In this document: piece by piece, positions 43,632-54,249 of the stretch | Layout of the letters: each line of letters begins with the position of its first letter | How positions within the stretch are numbered: position 1 is the first letter of the stretch | NCBI GenBank assembly: GCA_963749655.1 | Contig: CAVVOB010000028.1 | Location: 64,001 to 128,000 of the forward strand | DNA from: Nitrospirota bacterium | GTDB lineage: Bacteria > Nitrospirota > UBA9217 | DNA length: 64,000 nt | Reading direction: 5' to 3' | Notes under the pieces: generated by a model | What the model was told of the DNA's origin: nothing | The model's input: only the letters and a program-made list of their open reading frames with translations | The model's database searches: none | Program-made: the position numbers and the translations under genes

Positions 43632-46119
43632 TTATGCCGCAAGGGGTTCGAACGGAAGCGAGCCTGCAGCCATGAGCTTTTCAAAAGCATCCACGGGAAG
43701 CGGTTTGCTGAAAAGATACCCTTGTATCTCCTCACAACCGGCTTCGCGGAGAAATCCCAGCTGGTCCTTTGTTTCAACTCCCTCAGCCACGGTCCTTATG
43801 TTCATGCTCCGCGCCATGGAAGCGACCGCGCTGATCATTGCCCGGTCATCTGCATCGGTGGCGATATTCTGAACGAGCGACTTACCGATCTGGAGTTTGT
43901 CAACAGAAAGCTTTTTGAGGTTCATCAGCAGCGAGTGACCGGTCCCGAAGTCGTCGATGGAGAGATGCACGCCCAATTCCGTCAGTTCGTGCGCACAGGC
44001 AAGGGAGCGTTCCATGTTGCTCCTCGCCGTGATTTCGGTGATCTCGATGGCCAGCGACTGGGGAGACACGCCGGTTTCCGCGAGGATGTCCCTGATGGTG
44101 CCGACAAACCCGGGACCGTGAAATCCCTTTGAGGAGATATTCACCGTGATGCGGATCGGGGGCAGCCCGGCTTCATTCCACGCCTTGAGCTGCCTGCACA
44201 CTTTTCTCAGGACCCATCCGTCTATTTCGGCAATGAACCCCGTGTCACGGGCGGCCTGAATAAAATCCTTCGGTTCGAGGAAACCAAGCTCGGGATGGCG
44301 CCAGCGCACCAGCGCCTCGGCGCTTTCCATGTGCCTCGTATCAAGTCTCACCTGGGGTTGGTAGTAGAGGACCAATTCCTCCCGCACGAGGGATTGCCGC
44401 AGCGTGTCTTCGATCCTCCTGCGCTCGAGGGAACGAGCGTTGTCCGCAGCGGCATAGAACGCGTATGTGTTTCTTCCCCTTTCCTTGGCCTGGTACATGG
44501 CCTTGTCCGCAAATCGCAGCAAGTTGTCGATCTCCTCGCCGTCATCGGGATAAATGCTGATCCCGATGCTGGAGGTGATTGTTACCTCATGCCCGGATAT
44601 CAGGAAGGGCGTTCGGAAGCAGTCCGCAATTTTGCCCACGACTTCGGAGATGTCCTCGACCTGCGAGAAGTCCGCGAGCAGGACGTTGAATTCATCCCCT
44701 CCGATACGTGCAGCCGTGTCCGACTCCCGTATCGTGGACCTCGAGTTTTTCGGCCGCCCCCTTAAGCAGTTCGTCCCCCGCCTCGTGGCCGAGCGTGTCG
44801 TTTATTTCCTTGAAATGGTCGAGGTCGAGATACAAGACGGCAAGCTTCCTTTTATACCGCTTTGCCTGCGCCGCTTCGACCGCGATAATTTCCTGAAACA
44901 GGCGCCTGTTCGGCAGCCCGGTGAGCACGTCATGCTGGGCCATATGTTTGATTTCGTCTTCCATCTGCTTATGCTTCGTGATGTCCCGTACAATGCCGAG
45001 CATGCGTTTTGGTCCGCCCTGTTCATCGATAAGGGAGCGTCCCCTCGCCCAGATCCACCGGAGAGCGTTGTCTGCGCACCGGATCCGGAACTCGATGTTC
45101 CACTCCCGGGATCCCGTGAGGGCCTTCTGGAAATCTTGATTGACCGCTTCCCGGTCCTCGGGCAACACGTGTTCGAGAAAGGTCTCATAGTTCCAAGCCG
45201 GCGGCGCTTCCGAGTACCCGAATATCTGATCGTACCGGTGCGACCGCCACATGGAAAGATCGGACAGATTCAGGTCCCAGACCCCTAGTTCCGCAGCCTC
45301 CATCGTAAACTTGAAACGCCGTTCGCTGAAGCGAAGGGCCTGTTCTGCATTCTTGTGCTCCGTAATGTCCTGGATAACGCCGACGCCCAGAACCGGCGCG
45401 CCGTGGGCGTCACGGATGACAGCCCCCGACACGGACACCCATACAACCTGCCCGTCCTTTCGTATATATCGCTTCTCTTCCGTGTAGGGAGACGTCTTCC
45501 CGCTGATCAGCTGTTTGAAGTGTTCCTCCTCCGCTTCCCGGTCGTCGGGATGGGTAATATCCCTGATCGTCATGGTCAGCAGTTCCTCCCGGCTGTAACC
45601 GGTGATCCTGCAAAAGCGGTCGTTAACCTGCAGAAAACCATTAGTCGCAGGGTTCACCTGGGCCGCTCCCACGTTTGCCATTTCAAAGAACGCCCGAAAG
45701 CGGGCTTCGCTGTTCTGCAGCTCCTCCATGGCGTGCTTTCGTTCGATGGCGTAACGGATCGCGCGTTTCAGCAAGCTTTTGTCGATCTGCCCTTTGACGA
45801 GATAATCCTGGACATCCATCTGCAGCGCTTTCAAGGCAAGTTCTTCGCTGTCGAGGCCTGTCAGCACGATGATGGGAATTCGTCCCGCATGTCTGCGCAG
45901 CATCAGCGCGCCATCTATCCCGCTGCTGTCCGGAAGACCGAGATCGAGCAGCACGATATCGAAGTGCTGCTTCCTGAGACAGGCAAGCCCCTCGAAAAGC
46001 AGCTGGGCGTGCACGAGCTTGAAAACAGGCTGTCGGCTTTGCGACAGAAACCTTTGCAGAAGGAGGGCGTCGTCCCGGTTGTCCTCGATCAGAAGAACTT
46101 GAATGCTTTCTGCGCTCAT
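43632..46119 (-). CDS. REC-PAS-PAS-GGDEF-EAL protein, one frameshift near 44740
   Basis: LDLGLPDS; two PAS/PAC domains; HDVLTGLPNR..ARIGGDEF; EALVRW, DDFGTG, AEGVET, QGYLFSKP. Confidence 0.9.
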
Positions 46120-46148
46120 AATCGACCCCCGCCCTCAGAATGGTGAAC

Positions 46149-46196
46149 AAAAAAGCCGAACACGCACAAAGTATTGCATCCTTTGGCAGTTCGGCT
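46149..46196 (-). terminator. Riboswitch expression-platform terminator
   Basis: AGCCGAAC...GTTCGGCT stem plus T-run; the 5' arm overlaps the aptamer 3' strand. Confidence 0.65.
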
Positions 46197-46264
46197 GTCT
46201 TTTGAAAAGACCCGTAACTTTCCGCGCCTTTCTCAGAACATGAAAGGTCAGGCTTTATCGGGAT
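46178..46264 (-). ncRNA. GEMM-I cyclic-dinucleotide (c-di-GMP-I-like) riboswitch aptamer
   Basis: AUCC-CGAUAAAG-CC-UGACC-P2-GG-CGCGGAAA-GUUACGGGUCU..AGACAGCCGAACUGCC-AAA-GGAU matches GEMM-I architecture. Confidence 0.75.
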
Positions 46265-46299
46265 AGAGTAGATTATTCATGTTGATATACTAATAATTT

Positions 46300-46328
46300 A
46301 CCTTATCACTGCCGCCCGGCACTGTCAA
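46300..46328 (-). promoter_or_regulatory. sigma70 promoter upstream of the riboswitch
   Basis: TTGACA-17-TAAGGT with an extended TG. Confidence 0.6.
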
Positions 46329-46480
46329 GGAAGGCGCAGTTCGTCATGGAGCGCCGCTGCCGATCGATGGATTCTTATTTTCATATGGTATGACCGGCCG
46401 TCGGCAAAGAAATGCTGCAATATCAAAAACAGCGCTGTCGCTGGAGCCGATCATGCAGCCAATACAAAGGAGAACCTGCC

Positions 46481-48199
46481 ATGACAACAACCAAGTCCAC
46501 AGCTGAATTGGTCTTTGCGCCCAACGAAACGGTTTTCCCCTCGCCGGTTGACTGGAGGGATCAGTTCATCTATTTCCTTCTTGTCGACCGCTTTGACAAT
46601 AATGAAACCGGCATCCCTGCGTACGATCCCGCGACGGCCCCTAAAGGCCGCGATGCCGAAGAGGGGGGACTTTTCCAGGGAGGATGCCTGAAGGGAGCAA
46701 TGCGAAGGCTCGACTATATCAAGAACCTCGGCTGCACAACCCTCTGGCTCAGTCCCATTTTCAGAAACCGGATGGAAAAGAACGACACCTACCACGGCTA
46801 CGGCATTCAAAATTTTCTCGAAGTGGACGAACGCTTCGGAACGGAGCAGGACCTCCGGGACCTCGTGAAACAGGCCCATAAACGCGGCATGTACGTGATC
46901 CTGGACATCATCATCAATCACTCAGGCGACAACTGGGCCTATCCCGGCGATCAGCCCTATTATTTTTGGAAAGAGGCAAGTGGTCCCTTCGACTTCGGCT
47001 GGTGGCGCGAAGTGGACCCTGCGCAGGGCCACCAGGAACATGACGCAGTCTGGCCCAGGGAGCTCCAGAAGCCGGACTGCTACAAGAGGCGGGGACAGAT
47101 CAGGAACTGGAGCGATCCGGACGAGGCGATGAACGGAGACTTCCTGAGCCTCAAGGAACTGGACGTCAGGAGGTCCGACGTGCTCGGGGCGCTCATCAGC
47201 TCGTACAAATACTGGATCGCGTCGGCCGACATCGACGGGTTCCGGGTCGACACGGTGAAGCACATGGAAGACAGCGCCACGGCCCTGTTCTGCAACGCCG
47301 TTCGGGAATACGCCCAGAGCATCGGCAAGAAGAATTTTTTCATTTTCGGCGAGATCGTGGGAGACGACCTGACGCTGCAGCGCTACATCGGCAGGAACAG
47401 CAGGATCGAGGGCACGAACGAGCGCTTTCCGTCGCTTAACGCGGCCCTGGATTTTCCCCTCTACTTCATTCTCGAGGAGACGATAAAAGGGTTCATGAGT
47501 CCCGATGAATTGCGGGACCGCTACGAACGGTTCAAGACCCTCTATGCCGACCACGGGGAAGCGGGCAGGTACTTCGTCACCTTCGTGGACAACCACGATC
47601 AGATGTCCAGGCCTTACCGGAGATTCATGAACAAAAATCCGAATGGGAAGCAGGCAGTGCTCGCCCTGGGGTATCTCCTGACGAGCCAGGGGGTGCCCTG
47701 TATCTATTATGGCACGGAGCAGGGGTTCGACGGGGGCGGAGACAACGACAAGTACGTGCGGGAATGCATGTTCGGCGGAAAGTGGGGCGCCTTCGATACC
47801 ACGGGAGTTCACTTCTTCAATGACGGGCATCCGATCTACAAGGGGATCTCCGCCATTGCAGCAGTGCGCGCGCAGGAGCCTGCGCTCCGATACGGCCGGC
47901 AATACTTCCGCGAGATCTCGGGCAACGGCTCGTCCTTCGGCCATCCCCTGGACGGGCAATGCACGCTCGCGTTCTCGAGGATCCTCGATGCCTCTGAGAT
48001 ACTCGTCGCATTGAATCTTGACGGAAATCCGAGGAGCGACTACATCACCATTGATGCGGGCCTGACACCGGCGGGAAGATCAATGGTGAACCTGCTCAAA
48101 CCGGCGCCTGCTTGCCCGGTCATGACCGCAGGCGAACGCCGCTGCGTGCAGGTCCCTTTGGAACCTCATGAGATGGCGATCTTGAAGATTGTGAAATGA
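46481..48199 (+). CDS. GH13 alpha-amylase family glycoside hydrolase
   Basis: IYFLLVDRF, YHGY, DIIINH, DGFRVDTVKH, GEI, FVDNHD, CIYYGTEQ. Confidence 0.93.
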   Translation: MTTTKSTAELVFAPNETVFPSPVDWRDQFIYFLLVDRFDNNETGIPAYDPATAPKGRDAEEGGLFQGGCLKGAMRRLDYIKNLGCTTLWLSPIFRNRMEKNDTYHGYGIQNFLEVDERFGTEQDLRDLVKQAHKRGMYVILDIIINHSGDNWAYPGDQPYYFWKEASGPFDFGWWREVDPAQGHQEHDAVWPRELQKPDCYKRRGQIRNWSDPDEAMNGDFLSLKELDVRRSDVLGALISSYKYWIASADIDGFRVDTVKHMEDSATALFCNAVREYAQSIGKKNFFIFGEIVGDDLTLQRYIGRNSRIEGTNERFPSLNAALDFPLYFILEETIKGFMSPDELRDRYERFKTLYADHGEAGRYFVTFVDNHDQMSRPYRRFMNKNPNGKQAVLALGYLLTSQGVPCIYYGTEQGFDGGGDNDKYVRECMFGGKWGAFDTTGVHFFNDGHPIYKGISAIAAVRAQEPALRYGRQYFREISGNGSSFGHPLDGQCTLAFSRILDASEILVALNLDGNPRSDYITIDAGLTPAGRSMVNLLKPAPACPVMTAGERRCVQVPLEPHEMAILKIVK

Positions 48200-48223
48200 G
48201 AGGTGAAGGACTTAAACGCTTCG

Positions 48224-48337
48224 TCCGCAGATTTCGCAGATGGACGCAGAATAAGGCAGAAAGCAAACCCCAAGGGCTTTTAGATTTCCATGAACTGTGT
48301 ACTTTGAATTTTCTGCGTAATCTGCGTCATCTGTGGA
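48224..48337. repeat. 9-bp-periodic inverted repeat between convergent genes
   Basis: TCCGCAGATTTCGCAGATGGACGCAGAA ... TTCTGCGTAATCTGCGTCATCTGTGGA. Confidence 0.75.
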
Positions 48338-48345
48338 TAAAAGTT

Positions 48346-49176
48346 TTATTTAGTATCCTTGCCTGCAACCCTTGGAACGAGTGAGATCGCGCCGACTTCG
48401 CACGCCTTGCGGCAGAGGCCGCAGCCGAAGCATCTCTGCGGATCAATGTGAGCATGTGATTCGCCGCCGTGCTTGTGGCTGTCGATCGCCTTGAAGTGGC
48501 ACGCCTCGTCACAGAGCCCGCAACCGGTGCAGAGCGCCTCGTCGACCGTGCCCACATATTCCGCCCGCTCCATGGTCTCGATCGCGGTCCGCGATAGGGT
48601 CAGCATGGCAAGACAATCCTCGGGCCTGCAGTTGCAGATCGCGCCGATGAAGGGGGTCATCATGGTCCATATGGTATGAACCGAACCCTGCTCTTCCAGG
48701 GCCGTCATCTGCGCCATGGCTTCTTCGGGCCGAAGCGGCTCCAGCCCCTCGTCCGAGGCCTTGCCGAAGTACGACAGGTCGATGTCCCGGTACCAGGCCT
48801 CGGGCCCGTAACTTACGGCGTAGCAGCAGCGCTCCTCTTTTTTCCCGATGTTCCACCGGCAGGCGCAGGGCATGCGGACCACGGTCCTGGCCATGCCCAC
48901 AACGTGGCCGATCTCCTCGATCGGCAGGACCTGGCCGAAGTGCTCGGCCTTGGCCTTGGCCACCATGGCCGCGGCAACGGCCCTCGGCAGTTTTCCCTTC
49001 TTCCGGTAGATGGTCTCGAGCCTGCCGAGTGTTTCGAACCCTTCTTTGAAGGCAGAGGTCAGAAAGTTCTCGATATAGCGCCGCCGCTTGAGGTCGGAGA
49101 GAAGGTCCTGACCGTAGTTCGCGGCGTTCTTGTACCAGACCTTTCCCTCGCCGTGTTTTGTACAGAACTCACACAT
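48346..49176 (-). CDS. 4Fe-4S ferredoxin-domain protein
   Basis: MCEFC.KHG, CACR, ICNC, two CxxCxxCxxxC motifs; apparently leaderless (TGTACA-17-TACAAT-5-ATG). Confidence 0.85.
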   Translation of the reverse strand: MCEFCTKHGEGKVWYKNAANYGQDLLSDLKRRRYIENFLTSAFKEGFETLGRLETIYRKKGKLPRAVAAAMVAKAKAEHFGQVLPIEEIGHVVGMARTVVRMPCACRWNIGKKEERCCYAVSYGPEAWYRDIDLSYFGKASDEGLEPLRPEEAMAQMTALEEQGSVHTIWTMMTPFIGAICNCRPEDCLAMLTLSRTAIETMERAEYVGTVDEALCTGCGLCDEACHFKAIDSHKHGGESHAHIDPQRCFGCGLCRKACEVGAISLVPRVAGKDTK

Positions 49177-49401
49177 GGTCCATTGTAACCGCGGCAGACG
49201 TCGATGTACAGGTTATTTGTGAGGGATGATGCGCTTTACTCGATCCGTGCTCCCGGCATGCTCTGCGGACGCAACAGGATAATTCGGCAGCAACACCGTG
49301 AAAACACCGTAAAATGAAATATACAAGCCTGCATCGTGTTGCCCGGATTGTTCACAAGACCGCATTCGGCGAAGGCTGCTCTGATGCCGAGCGCCGGGCC
49401 A

Positions 49402-51315
49402 TCATTGATTGCAGGCGCCTTTCCGCGACGGCGCCCGTTTCCCCTTCGAGGTCCGGGCCGTCATTTGTTTCGCAGCCAGTATTTCCAGATTATTCCCGGC
49501 CATCGTGTCGTCGGGATTGAGTTTCTTCACGATCTGAAATTCACGAATCGCGTCGTCCACATTCTCCTGCTGCGAATAAGCGACCCCAAGAAAATAATGG
49601 ATTTTCGCATCAGCGGGGGTTTGCCTTATCGCCGTTTGATATTCACGAATGGCCTCGTCGAGACAGCCCAGTTCCGAATACCCGTTGGCAAGATTGTACC
49701 GAAGATCGACGTCATCGGGCTTGAAGTTCAAAGCGGTCTTGTATAAACGAACCGCTTCATGAATACGGCCCTGGCGCATGTATGCCACACCGAGATTATT
49801 ATAGATATCCGTCAGAAGAGAATAGGCCTCTTTCTTCGTCAGCGCCTTTTCATAGGCGCCGATGGCCTCCTCCGTCCGGCCTTTGTCGTCATAGGCAAGC
49901 CCGAGATGGTACCAGGTCCGGGCTTTCCCGGGGCTTTTCCTGACCATATCCTCGCATAAACTCAAGCTTTGCCTCCACACGGCGTTTCTCGAATATGCGG
50001 CAACGGAAAGGACGGAAACCGCCAGAACCATCAGATACAGGGGTATCTTCTTAAAAGCCGTCCCGGTCCTCCACCGTGCGCCGGCTAGGTCCACGGCTGC
50101 AACGAACGCTATACTGAGCCCGGCGGAGGGGAGATAAAGCCGGTGTTCAAAGATCACATCAGCGATTGGGATGATGCCGGACTCCGCCGCAATAGTCAGG
50201 AAGAACCAGAATATCCCGAACGACATCAGCCGGAGCCAGGGGCGGGCCTCCAGGTTCGTGCCGCGGGAAAGCCGGTAAAGAGCGGTCCCCAGGCCGAGCA
50301 GCGACAACAGAAACAGAAACGAAAAAAGAACCTCGGGGACGAAGAAGGAGGTGTAGACCGGGTAATCGTAATCAAGGTTCTGGTTTACCGGGAACACCAG
50401 CAGCCTGAGATAGGTCACGATCACCCGAAACTGGGTAAACAGATAGCTTTCCCGGGAGATGCTGTCAGAAGCCCCGGAAACCTTCGCCGCCGTCTCGTAG
50501 GTGTCGCCGATGGTCCCTCCGGCGTCTACCAGGGACAACGGAATAATGAGCGAGGCAAGAACGTAAGGGAGCAGGTACAGGAACCGCTTCCTTCCCGTCC
50601 CTGTTGGGAACATGATTTCGTACAGAACCATCATGGCGGGCAGCGTAAAGGCGAACTCCTTCGTCTTCATCGCCAGGATCGCTGACAGGAGGGAGCCGGC
50701 ATAAAGCGACCATGCCCTGGCCTTGACCTTGAACCCAGGGGGCCAGGCTCCGGGACCCGATGCCTGAATGGAAATCCTGAATTGCAGGTACAGCACCAGC
50801 GCCAGCAGATACAACAGTGCGGCAAGGGAGGCGAACCTCTGAACAATATAGGTGACCGCCTGCGTCTGTACCGGGTGCGTCGCGAACAGGAGCGCGGCAA
50901 ACAGTGCAATGAAGCCCCTTGAACCTTCCGGGAGAGTCCCCCCATGCGCCGCAAAGAACGGGGTCCTGAATGTCAGGAGTACGAGCCGGTAGAGGAGCAG
51001 GGAAACGATCACATGAATCAGAATGTTGGTAAGATGGTAGCCCCGGACATCGAAGCCGTGCACCCGGTTGTTCATCGCAAAGGTCCAATAGCCGACCGAG
51101 CGCGTTCTCAATAAGGGCTTGATATGCTCGGTTGTCTGTTCGCTCGTTTCACGGCCCGTTCCCGGGGATAAGCTTACATCCTTGATTGCCGGGTTATAGA
51201 CGATATTATCCAGGTCGTCGAACTCAAAAGGCGCATTGATCGTGTTGGAATAGACCAGAGAAACGGCAAGGAGAATAAACAGCGCGTGAACAAAAGGCCT
51301 GTTGAGTATGTGCAC
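49402..51315 (-). CDS. TMTC-like GT-C glycosyltransferase with C-terminal TPRs
   Basis: FEFDD..I..NP, HPVQTQAVTYIVQR, KE, FEHRLYLPS, many TMs then TPRs; GTG start with GGAGG. Confidence 0.82.
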   Translation of the reverse strand: MHILNRPFVHALFILLAVSLVYSNTINAPFEFDDLDNIVYNPAIKDVSLSPGTGRETSEQTTEHIKPLLRTRSVGYWTFAMNNRVHGFDVRGYHLTNILIHVIVSLLLYRLVLLTFRTPFFAAHGGTLPEGSRGFIALFAALLFATHPVQTQAVTYIVQRFASLAALLYLLALVLYLQFRISIQASGPGAWPPGFKVKARAWSLYAGSLLSAILAMKTKEFAFTLPAMMVLYEIMFPTGTGRKRFLYLLPYVLASLIIPLSLVDAGGTIGDTYETAAKVSGASDSISRESYLFTQFRVIVTYLRLLVFPVNQNLDYDYPVYTSFFVPEVLFSFLFLLSLLGLGTALYRLSRGTNLEARPWLRLMSFGIFWFFLTIAAESGIIPIADVIFEHRLYLPSAGLSIAFVAAVDLAGARWRTGTAFKKIPLYLMVLAVSVLSVAAYSRNAVWRQSLSLCEDMVRKSPGKARTWYHLGLAYDDKGRTEEAIGAYEKALTKKEAYSLLTDIYNNLGVAYMRQGRIHEAVRLYKTALNFKPDDVDLRYNLANGYSELGCLDEAIREYQTAIRQTPADAKIHYFLGVAYSQQENVDDAIREFQIVKKLNPDDTMAGNNLEILAAKQMTARTSKGKRAPSRKGACNQ

Positions 51316-51388
51316 CGAGGGGCCTCCGAGATCAGCGGCGAAACAGCGAGGATGCGTTCCTGGAACGAGGGACAACGGTCAATGGTCG

Positions 51389-51482
51389 ATCCTACCTCAG
51401 CGTGAGCCCGCATGTCAACGGAGAAAGCGGTATCCTCGGTTTTTATAATATGTTTGACACGACCCAGGCGGCAAGCTATAAT
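51389..51482. promoter_or_regulatory. Back-to-back sigma70 promoters
   Basis: Plus strand: perfect TTGACA-17-TATAAT (51454-51482). Minus strand: TTGACA-18-TAGGAT (51418-51389). Confidence 0.75.
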
Positions 51483-51558
51483 TCGGCGTCATCCATCGCG
51501 AGCATGTTCAGCAAGGCCGATTCCAGGCTCCTTCCCAAAGAGCAGCGGAGAGCAGTTT

Positions 51559-53052
51559 GTGGCGCCGAAAAACAAAGTCTTCATACTTTATCCTCCCATT
51601 TCGAAGATGGAGCGATATTCTTCCAAGCTGGGGAGTGTCGGCGGCGAGCAGCTGCCGCTCGGCATCTTTTATCTCGCGTCCTATATTCGACAGAACGGCT
51701 ATGAAGTAATGGTTTGTGACGCGGAGGCTGAAAAGCTGACCGCCGATGATATCCTCGGACATATACAACAGTTCGCGCCCCGCGTCGTCGGAATAAGTTC
51801 CACCACCGTGGCATTTCACCGGGCCCTTGAGCTTGCTGAAGCCGTAAAGGGCTCTTTCCCGGACATAAAAATCGTCCTTGGCGGTCCCCACATCACCTCG
51901 AACAGCGACCATGCTCTGTCGTTTCCCGCTTTCGACTACGGGGTGCTGGGCGAAGGTGAATTGACCTTTCTCGAACTGCTGAACGCCCTCGCCGCGAACC
52001 GCCCGGTTGAGCACATTCAAGGCCTCGCGTTCCGCAAGGACGGGAAGGTGGTCGGGACCGGGCGGCGGGAGTTCATCGCCAACCTCGACATTCTCCCCAT
52101 GCCCGCCTTCGACCTGGTGAAGGACATGGGGAGATACGCGCCCCCGCCGTCGAATTACAGGACGCTGCCGGTGATGAACGTCATAACGTCCCGCGGCTGC
52201 CCGAACGAATGCACGTTCTGCGACAGGAATATCTTCGGCAGGAAATACCGGGAGCGGTCGGCGGAAAACGTTTTCACCGAGATCAAGCATCTGTATGACA
52301 CGTACGGAGTCCGGGAATTCGCCTTTGTCGACGACACGTTTCTGATCAACAAGGAGCGTATCCAAAAACTCTTCGAACTGGTCCGGCGCGGGGGCATCTC
52401 ATTCCCCTGGACCTGCATGGCGCGCATCAACAACGTAACCTACGAATTCCTGAAATACCTGAAGGAGAACGGGTGCTGGAGCATCGCCTTTGGGATCGAG
52501 TCCGGCGACGAGCAGGTATTAAAGGTCATCAAGAAGAACATCACCCTGGAGCGGGTCAGGATAGTTACCGACTGGTGTTACGAGCTGGGCATCGAGACCA
52601 AGGGATTCTTCATCATCGGTCACCCGACGGAGACGCTCGCAACGATCGACAAGACCATCGATTTTGCGCTCAGCCTCAAATTGAATGCCGTTGTCGTCAC
52701 GATCAACACCCCGATCCCCGGTTCACAGCAGTATGCCGAAGCGCATCTTTACGGAAAGCTCGACACTACTGACTGGGCGCGGTTCAATTACTGGCGTCCG
52801 GTATTCGTGCCCTCGGGATTGACCGAAGAACTTTTGCTGAAGAAGCAAGAAGATTTCTATCTCCGTTTCTATATGCGGCCCAGGATCATCGGCAATTATG
52901 TCCGCGGCTTTTTCGGAAAAGGCGGGCTGCGCAGATTCAGGTCGGTCATGAATATTTTCCTGAGCAGGGAATCGATGGCCAAGGTTTTCGGTCATTTCCT
53001 GGTTTTCAAGAAAGGCGTCCGCGGGCGGGAACCGCGGAAAACCGGCATCTGA
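51559..53052 (+). CDS. B12-binding-domain radical SAM protein (class B-like)
   Basis: PLGIFYLASY, GGPH, GEGE, TSRGCPNECTFC, FVDDTF, GIESG; GTG start with GGAG. Confidence 0.9.
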   Translation: MAPKNKVFILYPPISKMERYSSKLGSVGGEQLPLGIFYLASYIRQNGYEVMVCDAEAEKLTADDILGHIQQFAPRVVGISSTTVAFHRALELAEAVKGSFPDIKIVLGGPHITSNSDHALSFPAFDYGVLGEGELTFLELLNALAANRPVEHIQGLAFRKDGKVVGTGRREFIANLDILPMPAFDLVKDMGRYAPPPSNYRTLPVMNVITSRGCPNECTFCDRNIFGRKYRERSAENVFTEIKHLYDTYGVREFAFVDDTFLINKERIQKLFELVRRGGISFPWTCMARINNVTYEFLKYLKENGCWSIAFGIESGDEQVLKVIKKNITLERVRIVTDWCYELGIETKGFFIIGHPTETLATIDKTIDFALSLKLNAVVVTINTPIPGSQQYAEAHLYGKLDTTDWARFNYWRPVFVPSGLTEELLLKKQEDFYLRFYMRPRIIGNYVRGFFGKGGLRRFRSVMNIFLSRESMAKVFGHFLVFKKGVRGREPRKTGI

Positions 53053-53079
53053 CCGATTCATAAACATCGCCCCCGCGCG

Positions 53080-54216
53080 TTGCTTACGGACAGTCAGGGA
53101 GAAAGTACGGAGCAGTTTTTGGACAAAAGCGCCTCAGAAAGCTCTCACCGGAACGTCATTGTTCTGATTCCGGCATTCAATCCCGATGACCGCCTGCCGC
53201 AATTGATCGACGACCTCCTGGCGTCCGGCTTCGGTCATATCGTCGTGGTCAACGACGGCAGCAGCGCTGCGTACGCTCCCCTGTTCGAAAAGATCGGGAT
53301 GAAAGCGCGCTGTCAGGTGCTGCGGCACGCAGTCAACCTCGGGAAAGGACGGGCGCTCAAGACCGGCCTGAATCATATCCTGCTGCAGTTTCTCTCAGCG
53401 CCGGGCGTAGTCACGTGCGACGCCGACGGCCAGCACCGCGTAGAGGACGTCATTACCGTTGCGCAGACCCTGCTGGACCACCCGGGCAGCCTCACTCTCG
53501 GCGTGCGAAGTTTCAGTTCGGATGTACCGCTGCGCAGCAAATTGGGAAACGTGATAACAAGGGGCTTTTTCTTTTTCCTCCTGGGCAAATATCTTTCCGA
53601 CACGCAGACAGGACTCCGGGGAATTCCTCTCGGATGCGCGCCCTGGCTGGCCCACCTCGAGGGGGAAGGGTATGAATACGAGATGAATATGCTGATCGCG
53701 ACCAAGACGCGGGGAATCGCGATCGTGGAAGAGAAAATCAGCACGATCTACCTGGACAACAACAAGTCTTCCCATTTCGACCCCCTGATCGATTCGATGA
53801 AGATCTATTTTCTCCTCCTGCGGTTCGCATCTTCGTCCCTCCTGGCAAGCGTCCTTGATTTCGTCCTGTTCTCCATCACCTATGGATTGACCGCGAATAT
53901 CCTCCTGAGCATTTTCATCGGCAGATATACCATCGGCCCGGTCGTAAACTACACCATTAACAGGAACTTCGTTTTCCATCACAAAGGCAGAATGAGCGGA
54001 ACACTGGTACGGTATTATGCATTTGCGACCGTGATGGGCGCCTGCGCGTACTTTCTCATCAAGGCAGTATCCGCCCACTTGTCCATCAGCGTGATTGCGG
54101 CGAAGATCTCGGTGGAGACCTTCCTGTTCATCATCAGTTTCACGGTCCAGCGGGACTATATCTTTTCCCGGAGAACGTCGTACATTCCGGGGACGTCCGG
54201 CGTTCCGAAAGGATGA
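53080..54216 (+). CDS. GT2 glycosyltransferase fused to GtrA flippase domain
   Basis: IPAFNP, VNDGS, DADGQH, DTQTGLRG; C-terminal 4-TM GtrA (NY..NRNFVF, QRDYIF). Confidence 0.9.
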   Translation: MLTDSQGESTEQFLDKSASESSHRNVIVLIPAFNPDDRLPQLIDDLLASGFGHIVVVNDGSSAAYAPLFEKIGMKARCQVLRHAVNLGKGRALKTGLNHILLQFLSAPGVVTCDADGQHRVEDVITVAQTLLDHPGSLTLGVRSFSSDVPLRSKLGNVITRGFFFFLLGKYLSDTQTGLRGIPLGCAPWLAHLEGEGYEYEMNMLIATKTRGIAIVEEKISTIYLDNNKSSHFDPLIDSMKIYFLLLRFASSSLLASVLDFVLFSITYGLTANILLSIFIGRYTIGPVVNYTINRNFVFHHKGRMSGTLVRYYAFATVMGACAYFLIKAVSAHLSISVIAAKISVETFLFIISFTVQRDYIFSRRTSYIPGTSGVPKG

Positions 54217-54249
54217 CCATGCGGCCGCCGGCACCCTGCGATACGTGAT

